Positions 25,874 to 33,132 of a stretch of 64,000 nt of DNA are shown here, in pieces; the first letter of the stretch is position 1; each line of letters starts with the position of its first letter. The translations under genes were made by a program, and so were the position numbers. The stretch is from a virus. The DNA lies in IMG/VR virus record IMGVR_UViG_3300033388_005634. One strand, 5' to 3'. The notes beneath the pieces are model-generated. The model was given only the letters and a program-made list of their open reading frames with translations. It was not told the DNA's origin and ran no database searches.

Positions 25874-26071
25874 ATGGAAGAAGATGGGAAACATATGGGG
25901 ATGGAGAATATTCTGGACAAACTGGACGATCTCACTTTGGAGCAAGTTGAGATTTTCAAGGCAAATATGGAAAAGAATATCCAGAGAAAAGTTGAGGAGA
26001 AAGTAAAAAGGGAGAAATTTGAGGATCCACGGAATGAGAAAATGATGGGTGAAATCTATCCAAATGGCTAA
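25874..26071 (+). CDS. hypothetical acidic protein (65 aa)
   Basis: Trimmed to the ATG at 25874 after TAAAAGGGAGGTGCCGG. Confidence 0.45.
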   Translation: MEEDGKHMGMENILDKLDDLTLEQVEIFKANMEKNIQRKVEEKVKREKFEDPRNEKMMGEIYPNG

Positions 26072-26079
26072 GCGTTACT

Positions 26080-26480
26080 TAAGTACTACGTACAGTATAC
26101 TTTTTGTAACGAAAGCATTACGGTATACTAATAAAATTTGTAAGGATTTTTGAAGGCGATGTTAGTACTCTCGTCGACTATTATCCAACTCAATTTTTTG
26201 AGGTGCATATTTTTTTTAAGCGTATACCAGTATACCGTATTACGATATACTTTTGCTCGTAAGTAGTGAAAGTCCTTAGACTATTTGCCAATGAGCGAGA
26301 TAATTAGCTTAACTATAAAGTAAAATAAAGTAAGTTTTTTTGTAATTTTACGATTTCACTAAAAACAGTTTTTTCAGGGTCATATTTTTTGGCATCGTAG
26401 TACGGTATACTGGTATATTGTAGTACGGTATATTGGTATATCGTAGTACGGTATACGGTATATTTAATACTGGTATACCC
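26080..26480. repeat. iteron-like field built on the core TACGGTATAC
   Basis: Three tandem 22-23-nt units at 26396-26418, 26419-26441 and 26442-26463 ((C/T)GTAGTACGGTATA(C/T)(T)GGTATAT), plus a partial unit to 26480. One inverted unit lies at 26221-26250. Degenerate cores lie at 26082-26100 and 26117-26132. Two T-rich boxes TTTTTTNAGGKNCATATTTTTT lie at 26194-26217 and 26369-26390. The AT-rich spacer between them shows no convincing ORF. Confidence 0.75.
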
Positions 26481-26481
26481 T

Positions 26482-26970
26482 TTAATCCTCCACCTGCTTC
26501 TTCAGTTTTGCTATTATTTCCTTAAACTCAACAGAAATTGCTGATGGCCGTTCACTCACTTTTGCCGCCTCAATAAATACCTCATCTTTCCTTATTCTTT
26601 TGTTTATTTGGTTGATCAAAGCGAGGAGCTCAAACTCTTCATGAAGATCCTCTATCGTCTCAGATTTTTCAAGAATCTTGGACATGACAAATGCTCCCAA
26701 CGAGATTACCGATCTGAGTTGCTGACTCTGGCTTTTCCAGTAACCTTTTGGGGCTTTCTCCCTTATCCCTTCTAAAATATCTCCTAGCACTGGTGTAGCT
26801 TTGGTCTGTAAAACAATACTGTGTCCGTATTTGGAATCGCTGGCTTTGACCCCATGTTTCACATAATCCAACATCCTTTTCTGACACTTTGCTCCGTTAA
26901 GATCCACTAACTCGCCAACTTCTGTTTCTTTCTTGTCTTTTGTGTGAATACTCTCCTTTTTAACTTTCAT
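26482..26970 (-). CDS. hypothetical protein (162 aa), second gene of the inverted cassette
   Basis: ORF track. GAGGAGG Shine-Dalgarno. No motif recognised. Confidence 0.55.
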   Translation of the reverse strand: MKVKKESIHTKDKKETEVGELVDLNGAKCQKRMLDYVKHGVKASDSKYGHSIVLQTKATPVLGDILEGIREKAPKGYWKSQSQQLRSVISLGAFVMSKILEKSETIEDLHEEFELLALINQINKRIRKDEVFIEAAKVSERPSAISVEFKEIIAKLKKQVED

Positions 26971-26998
26971 CTTGCGCCTCCTCTCTTTACAAGGTTAT

Positions 26999-27193
26999 TT
27001 AGTTCATTGCAATAACCTTAACCATCTCCCCTTTGGATATAACTGCCACCTCTTCACCCGGTTCCAATCCTAGACGTTGGATAAATTCATAAGGTATGGA
27101 CACATAATAGCTGTTCCCTGTTTTCATGATCTTTCTTCTTTTTACAACTATCCGATCTTCCGTTAGTTTTTTAGCTGCTTCCATATTTTTCAC
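26999..27193 (-). CDS. AbrB/SpoVT/MazE-type swapped-hairpin DNA-binding protein (64 aa)
   Basis: KIMKTGNSYYVSIPYEFIQRLGLEPGEEVAV fits the SpoVT-AbrB domain pattern. TAGGAGGTG Shine-Dalgarno. Confidence 0.6.
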   Translation of the reverse strand: MKNMEAAKKLTEDRIVVKRRKIMKTGNSYYVSIPYEFIQRLGLEPGEEVAVISKGEMVKVIAMN

Positions 27194-27212
27194 CTCCTAA
27201 CTATTTTTTTCC

Positions 27213-27241
27213 TTGACATAGTTCCATTTTTATCATATAAA
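27213..27241 (+). promoter_or_regulatory. sigma70-type promoter for the replication/recombination block
   Basis: TTGACA (27213-27218), a 17-nt spacer, then TATAAA (27236-27241), upstream of the nuclease gene at 27286. Confidence 0.5.
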
Positions 27242-27255
27242 TAATTACAAGTCAA
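27227..27255 (-). promoter_or_regulatory. weaker divergent promoter for the AbrB cassette
   Basis: Minus strand reads TTGACT (27255-27250), a 17-nt spacer, then TAAAAA (27232-27227). It overlaps the spacer and -10 region of the plus-strand promoter. Confidence 0.3.
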
Positions 27256-27285
27256 GGGAAAATACTTACAAGAGAGAGGGAACAA

Positions 27286-28212
27286 ATGGGCTGCAACTTT
27301 CGTGAACGGATCGGTAAGAAAGGATGTAAACATTTTGGTAAACATTTTGGCTCCGGCTATTGCAATCATGAGAAGTCTCCATACTATCGCTGCATAGATT
27401 ATATTGCAAGCGGAAATTTTAATCTATCTCACTCCCAGAAGGAAACATGGGAGAGATGCCCGTATAAGTGGTACTTAGAGAAGATCAAGGGGATCCGGGT
27501 AAAAAGAGAGAGGCAGAGTGTGGCGATGAGAATGGGATCGGAGTTTGGAAGATTACTCTCAGGTAAAGGTGAGCCTGAGTTTTTTAGTGTGGATGAACAG
27601 TATAATAAGCAGCTCGTGGATCTGATGGTTAAGATTATAAGGGAGTACGAGATGCTGCCAGACGATGCCGAGTGGGAGGTGGAGTGTGAGAGAGATGGGT
27701 ATACAGGCAAGATTGACTTTGTGCAAAAGAAGAAGCACCAGTTTGGTGAACTGAAATTTACTACAGATCCTTCCAGATATACAAGCAAACCGAGTGCAGC
27801 GCTCCAGCTACAATCATATTTCTACCAACGACCAGACCTAAAAGATGCCATTATGCTACCGGTTCAGGTAAGCAAACTCAAAGATCAGAAAGATAAGGAT
27901 CAGGACTTAAAGATTAAGAGGATAGAGAAGGATGTCAGGAAGAGGATGAAATTCTACTTCCCGGGCTATGATCCTGATCGAGAGCCACCCAAGTGGGGGC
28001 AGAGGTACTCACAGACTGAGTTTGATCTGGAGGTGTTTGCCAAAGAGCTTGCATGGGCTAAGGGAGAGATTAGGAGAGCGTGCAAGGCTGAGTGGTTTAC
28101 CCAGAGGACAGCTAACTGTGATAAGCCGTTTAAGTGTGACTTCCTGCCGGTATTTTTGACGGGGGGAGTGAACTGGAGGATCTTTGAGATGAAGAAGAGG
28201 GGGGAGCGATGA
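27286..28212 (+). CDS. PD-(D/E)XK nuclease, Cas4/RecB-exonuclease-like with Cys clusters
   Basis: SHSQKETWERCPYKWY near the N-terminus. GKIDFV...FGELKFT gives D...ExK. C-terminal CDKPFKCDF together with an N-terminal Cys-rich segment suggests an Fe-S or Zn site. Confidence 0.6.
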   Translation: MGCNFRERIGKKGCKHFGKHFGSGYCNHEKSPYYRCIDYIASGNFNLSHSQKETWERCPYKWYLEKIKGIRVKRERQSVAMRMGSEFGRLLSGKGEPEFFSVDEQYNKQLVDLMVKIIREYEMLPDDAEWEVECERDGYTGKIDFVQKKKHQFGELKFTTDPSRYTSKPSAALQLQSYFYQRPDLKDAIMLPVQVSKLKDQKDKDQDLKIKRIEKDVRKRMKFYFPGYDPDREPPKWGQRYSQTEFDLEVFAKELAWAKGEIRRACKAEWFTQRTANCDKPFKCDFLPVFLTGGVNWRIFEMKKRGER

Positions 28213-28391
28213 TAATAGAAATAGATTGTGACAAGTTTGAGGGTAACAATGATAAGGTAGATTCAAAAGCAGAGCTTTCTATTGAGGCCAACGATCTCCA
28301 AATTGCAATAGAGATAGACGATAATGCATATTTCTTTGATAGGGGAGAATTCTTAAAAGCAGTAAGAGCTCTGTGTGAGGATAGTAAATGA
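28209..28391 (+). CDS. hypothetical acidic protein (60 aa)
   Basis: ORF track. ATGA overlaps on both sides. Confidence 0.45.
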   Translation: MIIEIDCDKFEGNNDKVDSKAELSIEANDLQIAIEIDDNAYFFDRGEFLKAVRALCEDSK

Positions 28392-28585
28392 ACGTTTGCG
28401 ATCTGTGCCGGGAAGCTTCATTAGAAAAAGAGAAAGTAAAGGTTAGCTTTTATGTAACTACAAAAGTAGGTATACACTTCATAAGTCCTCCTTATGGGCA
28501 TAGACTTTTAGAGTTCTCAGGTACTAAGGAGATATGCCCCGATTGCTGCAAGAAACTACTAACACTATTTGAGGAGGAGAAATGA
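28388..28585 (+). CDS. zinc-ribbon protein, tandem paralog 1 (65 aa)
   Basis: MNVCDLCREASLEKEKVKV...CPDCCKKLLTLFEEEK. Confidence 0.5.
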   Translation: MNVCDLCREASLEKEKVKVSFYVTTKVGIHFISPPYGHRLLEFSGTKEICPDCCKKLLTLFEEEK

Positions 28586-28791
28586 GAGTTTGTGACCTTT
28601 GCAGAGAAACTTCCCTAGAGAAAGAAAAGGCAGAGATTAAGCTTCGCATTGTATTTAAACAGGGCAATCTCTGGCTACCGGGTTTGCCCGAAGACGACGA
28701 ATTGCAAAAGCAACTGTGCGATAGAGAGGTATGCCTAGTGTGCTTCAAGAAACTAATGACATTATTTAAGGGAGGAGGTGATAAGGAATGA
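28582..28791 (+). CDS. zinc-ribbon protein, tandem paralog 2 (69 aa)
   Basis: MRVCDLCRETSLEKEKAEI...CLVCFKKLMTLFKGG. Clear paralog of the preceding ORF. Confidence 0.5.
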   Translation: MRVCDLCRETSLEKEKAEIKLRIVFKQGNLWLPGLPEDDELQKQLCDREVCLVCFKKLMTLFKGGGDKE

Positions 28792-29552
28792 GGTACAGAG
28801 AACTATCAGAAGAGACTACTGGAGTATTTGCCCTAATCTATGGGCCAACGGGGGTAGGGAAGACGGTATCAACGCTTAAGTCGTTACCTAAGCCGTGTTG
28901 GTATTTTGAATGTGATCCTAAAGGTGTAGACCGGACACTAAAGGGGAATGTCGATTTCAAGGGAATCAAAAGAGGGCATCCAGAAAGCTACGAAGATCTA
29001 AGGAGTGAGATAGTTCAAAAGAAGGATGAGATTACAAAAGATTACCGCTCAATGTTTGTCGATGGTCTTAGCTTCTTTATGAACATTAAACTACTTGGTG
29101 AGATTCAGGAGGAGACAGGGGAGGCAAAAGTTTTCGATAGTAAAGACAGACCATTGGTTAATCAAGCGAGAACAGACAAGACAGGGTATGGAGCACTAGC
29201 TGCCCTGATGAACAGGTTTAGTGGAATATGTGGCGGAGTAGCAGCTCAAGGAGTGGTGGTTGTGATTGCTGCTCTTCAGGCTGATGATCCAAAATGGAAT
29301 AGAGAGTTGTCTGCTGGACCATCACTGGCTGGCAAAGAGTTTCCTAAAAACATGCCGGGGTTCTTTGATCTGATTGGTAGAGTGGAAAAGATGGGAAAAA
29401 ATAAGGACAATAAGCAAATCTGGCCACCGAAAGTTTATTTTGAAAGTGATGAAGAGGACTCATTTATGGCTCGTTGGAGTGGGCCAGCATTAACAAAACC
29501 TTATTTGCCGTTAGACTGGGGTCGTATCTTGGCTTATGGCGAAACTAAATAA
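28788..29552 (+). CDS. Sak4-like (AAA_24) RecA-fold ATPase
   Basis: Walker A IYGPTGVGKT, Walker B-like SMFVDGLS. Size and gene context are typical of phage Sak4. Confidence 0.6.
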   Translation: MRYRELSEETTGVFALIYGPTGVGKTVSTLKSLPKPCWYFECDPKGVDRTLKGNVDFKGIKRGHPESYEDLRSEIVQKKDEITKDYRSMFVDGLSFFMNIKLLGEIQEETGEAKVFDSKDRPLVNQARTDKTGYGALAALMNRFSGICGGVAAQGVVVVIAALQADDPKWNRELSAGPSLAGKEFPKNMPGFFDLIGRVEKMGKNKDNKQIWPPKVYFESDEEDSFMARWSGPALTKPYLPLDWGRILAYGETK

Positions 29553-29577
29553 TAATATTTATGAAAGGAGTTGAGCG

Positions 29578-30189
29578 ATGAAAGGTGAAAGCGATAGTTT
29601 AGGTGGTGGGTTTGATAATCCTTCAAATGGCTGGCACGCATTTGAGGTTGAAGATGGGATTGAGTTTACCAAAGATAAGGATGGAGCTGCTACTTCTACT
29701 CTTGTCTGTTCTATGTCTGTAATTGATGATGATGCAGAAGAGGGGAGAAGGGTTTTTCCGAGGTTTGATCTTACCGATAAGAGAGGACTGAAAGCTCTTG
29801 CTACTTTGGTTTACTGGACGAAGCTACATGCAGCGATTGAGAAGCATTTCAAGATTACTGATGGAGCAGGTCTCAAGGAAGAAGCATGGGGAGCAAAATA
29901 CCTGTGTGTGGAAGATAGTGAGCAGGCAAGTAAAATAGTCGATTCTATTATCTCCAAGATGCCCGGGAAAAGTGTATTTGCTAAGACGCAGAAGAGAGAG
30001 GTTATGGTAAAGGACAGGGATGATCCTACCAAGAAAGTACCCATGACATTCTGCAATGTTGTAAAGCTCAGGCATTATGGAGATAAAGAGGTAATGGCGG
30101 AGATAAAAGGAAAGAAGACTGAAGGTGGGGGAACACCAGCAAAAGAAGTTACCGGGGATGCTCCTGATGGAGACTGGCCAGAAGGTTAA
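29578..30189 (+). CDS. hypothetical protein in the position of the Sak4 partner/ssDNA-binding protein (203 aa)
   Basis: ORF track. AAAGGAG Shine-Dalgarno. Function suggested only by position. Confidence 0.3.
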   Translation: MKGESDSLGGGFDNPSNGWHAFEVEDGIEFTKDKDGAATSTLVCSMSVIDDDAEEGRRVFPRFDLTDKRGLKALATLVYWTKLHAAIEKHFKITDGAGLKEEAWGAKYLCVEDSEQASKIVDSIISKMPGKSVFAKTQKREVMVKDRDDPTKKVPMTFCNVVKLRHYGDKEVMAEIKGKKTEGGGTPAKEVTGDAPDGDWPEG

Positions 30190-30320
30190 ACACTCTCTTG
30201 GATTTAGCCCTCCATAAGAGTGTAGGGGGTTGCCGGTGTCTTTGGGCAGGTATGGTATATCTACTACTCTATACTTTCACCTCGCCCTTTGGCTCCGGTG
30301 ATCCCTGCATTGATAGGTGT

Positions 30321-30388
30321 TGGGGGCCGCCGGGGAGCTTTATTACTCATAGAGGGGTAAGATGTTCATCCATACCCGGTGGCCCCCA
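30321..30388 (+). other. GC-rich 14-bp inverted repeat (possible structured RNA element)
   Basis: TGGGGGCCGCCGGG (30321-30334) pairs with CCCGGTGGCCCCCA (30375-30388). 13 Watson-Crick pairs plus one G-U, with a 40-nt loop. Confidence 0.35.
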
Positions 30389-30411
30389 CATATTTAAACG
30401 TTGGAGAGAAG

Positions 30412-30609
30412 ATGAAAGACGGATGTTCTGGCTATAAAAACGGCAAGTGTGTGCATGGGTTTAATGTATCTTTTGCTTGTTACTGTAATAAAAAACTTGC
30501 AGCTTTTTGCGTTCCAGAATGTTGCCAAATTGAACACTGCGGTAAGTTGTATAACGAAACTGGTGGTAAGCCACTACTACTGAGGGAAGAAGTGAAACAT
30601 GATAGATAG
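30412..30609 (+). CDS. Cys-rich small protein (65 aa)
   Basis: Trimmed to the ATG at 30412 after GGAGAGAAG. MKDGCSGYKNGKCVHGFNVSFACYCNKKLAAFCVPECCQIEHCGK. Confidence 0.4.
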   Translation: MKDGCSGYKNGKCVHGFNVSFACYCNKKLAAFCVPECCQIEHCGKLYNETGGKPLLLREEVKHDR

Positions 30610-30766
30610 ACTGTTAATTATTTTAGCGTGTACAATACTGGTGAGTTGTGTTTATTTTTCACTTAGAGATGAACTTGAATTTATAAACCTAGAAAGAGAA
30701 TGCAAGGAATTGAGATTAGAACTGGAAGAATGCAATGAGTTACGTAGAGTTTTACAAAGGAGATAG
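30599..30766 (+). CDS. 55-aa membrane-anchored coiled-coil peptide
   Basis: Own translation MIDRLLIILACTILVSCVYFSLRDELEFINLERECKELRLELEECNELRRVLQRR. Confidence 0.35.
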   Translation: MIDRLLIILACTILVSCVYFSLRDELEFINLERECKELRLELEECNELRRVLQRR

Positions 30767-30780
30767 TGAAAGTACTGTAA

Positions 30781-30811
30781 TATACATGTATATAGGTGGT
30801 TTGATGAGAAT
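30781..30811 (+). promoter_or_regulatory. copy 2 of the 31-nt palindrome-containing motif
   Basis: TATACATGTATATAGGTGGTTTGATGAGAAT. 28/31 identical to 37962-37992. Lies in an intergenic gap 62 nt upstream of the ERCC4 nuclease gene. Confidence 0.45.
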
Positions 30812-30872
30812 TAACCTGCCGCATTTTTTGAAAGGAGTGATGTTGCTCCATGTCTGACATCAAAGGGTTGGG

Positions 30873-31364
30873 ATGAAACCGACATTAGAGTACGATAGGG
30901 AGAGGCCGAAGATCACGATCCCGAAAGATATGGTTATCATTCAGGACACAAGGGAACAGGTACCTATCTTTACGCCATCGGATGTGATTATAGAAAGAGG
31001 GCTTAAGACAGGGGACTATTCTATTGTGGGGTTTGAGGATAAGGTTACGATCGAGAGGAAGAGCATACCTGATCTGTATGGATCGGTAAAGAGGGAGAGG
31101 TTTGAGAAGGTGATAGCCCGGATGAAGAAGATGGAGTGGGCTGGGCTGATGATCGAGGGGAAAGAAGATGACGTGATGAAGCAACAGATGTTCGGGAAGA
31201 TCGTACCGAGACAGGTATATGGGGCTCTTACTTCTTATGAGATTCAGGGGATCCACATATATTATGCGGGGAGTAAGTTGGATGCACAGGACTGGATCTT
31301 GAGTAGACTGGTAAAGTTTTGGGATCATTATAGGAGGGGGAAGGATGGGATGAGGAAGAAATGA
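30873..31364 (+). CDS. ERCC4 (XPF/Mus81/Hef)-type structure-specific nuclease
   Basis: IQDTREQ...LKTGDYSIVG...VTIERKSIPDLYGSV reproduces the ERCC4 signature D.RE...GDY...ERK..DL..S. Confidence 0.7.
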   Translation: MKPTLEYDRERPKITIPKDMVIIQDTREQVPIFTPSDVIIERGLKTGDYSIVGFEDKVTIERKSIPDLYGSVKRERFEKVIARMKKMEWAGLMIEGKEDDVMKQQMFGKIVPRQVYGALTSYEIQGIHIYYAGSKLDAQDWILSRLVKFWDHYRRGKDGMRKK

Positions 31365-31389
31365 AACTTAAGGAGACATATAGCCCGTC

Positions 31390-32919
31390 ATGACAAACGC
31401 AAGGCTAGGCAAACTTAAAGGACTTCCATTCAGACCGACGCAGGAACAAGCGATCGACTTTATCAACCAGTCAAGCAAACAGTATATTGCTGTGAGAGCA
31501 CCAACAGGAGTAGGTAAGACATGTCTGGGCTTTGAATCAATCAAGCAACCGTTCTTTTATGTCTGTAGCTCTATCCCGCTCCAGCAGCAGGCAGAAGATG
31601 ATTATCCTGAATCGATCTTGTTAAAGGGCAGGGGAAACTATTATTGTCCGGATCTTGGTACCGCTGATCTTTGTATCCAAGCAAGTCCCTGTGATGATTG
31701 TGAGTATGATAGGGCAAAGTGTGCCGCTCTTTCTAATCCGATAACTATATTAAACTTCCACTACTTTCTCCACGCAGCTAACTTCACCCAAAAGTTCCCG
31801 TTACGGAATATCATTATTGACGAGGCAGATAGTATAGAGAGTGTGCTTGTAGGGTTCATCTCTTTTGAGTTTACCGAAGCTCAATTAAAGTGGCTTGGGA
31901 TTATGGCAGAGATGCCTGACAAGAAGACAAAGATAAGTGTGATGCCAAGATGGTTGGAGTTAAGACATGTGGAAGTGGAGGGTGTGATAGAGGATATTGA
32001 ACCGGACGTAAAGGATATAATCCGCAGGGCTAAGGGACAGAGGATATCGAAACCTGACACCATAATACTTAAAAGGTGGAAAGCCTTACAGTCTGTTGAA
32101 TGGAAGCTGAGGTTCTTAATGGGACAGGACCTGTCAAAGAACTGGATATATAAATATGAAGACTGGAAGAAGAAAATCAACTTAAAGCCGATATGGTTGT
32201 CAAGGGATCTGGTTGACAGGTTTCTGTTGTCTCATGGGGACAAGTTCCTGTTCATGAGTGCAACGTTGCCGTCTAAAGAGGTGTTCTGTGGGATGTATGG
32301 ATTTAAATCAGAAGAGGTAGATTACATTGACCTGCCTAACGTGTGGGATAGTGAGAAGAGACATGTGATCTACAGGCCTGAGTATAATTTGAGCTTTAAG
32401 AATAAGAATGAGGAGACGTATGGGAAGGTAAGAGAGGCGGTTGTTAAGATAATGGATGAGCAGAAGGGGAGAGGGATTATCCATACGGTATCTTATCAGC
32501 TGGCCGAGATAATCGGAAAGCTTAACTCCGGGAGATTGGTCTTGCATTCTGCTGGGAACAAGAAGGATATGTTTGAATACTTTAAGAAGAAAGATGGAGC
32601 TATATGGGTGAGTCCGTCGAGTACGAGGGGATTAGATCTGCCCTATGATATGTGTGAGTGGGTAGTATGGCTTAAGGCACCGTTCCTGCATATTCAGGAT
32701 CCTCAAGTCAATGCAAGGTTGTATGGAAGTGGAAAGTTTGGGAAGGTGTGGTATGCGAGTGATGCAGTCCAGAGTATCATACAGGGATGCGGAAGAGGAT
32801 TTAGAAGTGAGGATGATTACTGTACGGTGTATATGTTAGATGAGCAGATAGGGAGATTGTTAAAAGAACAGGCCAAGCTATTCCCCATGTGGTTTAGAGA
32901 TCTGGTGGCGTATGAGTGA
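31390..32919 (+). CDS. XPD/Rad3/DinG-family SF2 helicase with Fe-S Cys cluster
   Basis: Walker A RAPTGVGKT. DEAD-type box IIIDEADS. Four Cys in YYCPDLGTADLCIQASPCDDCEYDRAKC. Motif VI QGCGRGFRSEDDYCTVYMLD. Confidence 0.7.
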   Translation: MTNARLGKLKGLPFRPTQEQAIDFINQSSKQYIAVRAPTGVGKTCLGFESIKQPFFYVCSSIPLQQQAEDDYPESILLKGRGNYYCPDLGTADLCIQASPCDDCEYDRAKCAALSNPITILNFHYFLHAANFTQKFPLRNIIIDEADSIESVLVGFISFEFTEAQLKWLGIMAEMPDKKTKISVMPRWLELRHVEVEGVIEDIEPDVKDIIRRAKGQRISKPDTIILKRWKALQSVEWKLRFLMGQDLSKNWIYKYEDWKKKINLKPIWLSRDLVDRFLLSHGDKFLFMSATLPSKEVFCGMYGFKSEEVDYIDLPNVWDSEKRHVIYRPEYNLSFKNKNEETYGKVREAVVKIMDEQKGRGIIHTVSYQLAEIIGKLNSGRLVLHSAGNKKDMFEYFKKKDGAIWVSPSSTRGLDLPYDMCEWVVWLKAPFLHIQDPQVNARLYGSGKFGKVWYASDAVQSIIQGCGRGFRSEDDYCTVYMLDEQIGRLLKEQAKLFPMWFRDLVAYE

Positions 32920-32928
32920 GGAGGAAGT

Positions 32929-33108
32929 ATGAAAATAACTGAAGAGCTTAGTACGGAAGAGTTAGAGGCGATTGATGAGGCTGCTGGTATGATAAGAAAT
33001 GGGCTGAAACCAGCGCTTGCTATCTGGAAGGCCAGTAAGAGTAGTGGGGTGGATACGGGAGTGATTGCAAAGGAACTGGGTAAGAGAGGGGGGAAGAAGA
33101 AATCGTAA
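32929..33108 (+). CDS. hypothetical protein (59 aa)
   Basis: Own translation MKITEELSTEELEAIDEAAGMIRNGLKPALAIWKASKSSGVDTGVIAKELGKRGGKKKS. GAGGAGGAAGT precedes the ATG. Confidence 0.4.
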   Translation: MKITEELSTEELEAIDEAAGMIRNGLKPALAIWKASKSSGVDTGVIAKELGKRGGKKKS

Positions 33109-33132
33109 ACTTTATAAAAAGGGGAGGTGGTT

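Noticed and set aside
26396-26463. Possible CRISPR array (regular ~23-nt repeats).
   Set aside because: The repeats are directly abutting with no spacers. There are only three and a half units, no cas genes, and one inverted copy. This fits iterons or operators, not CRISPR.
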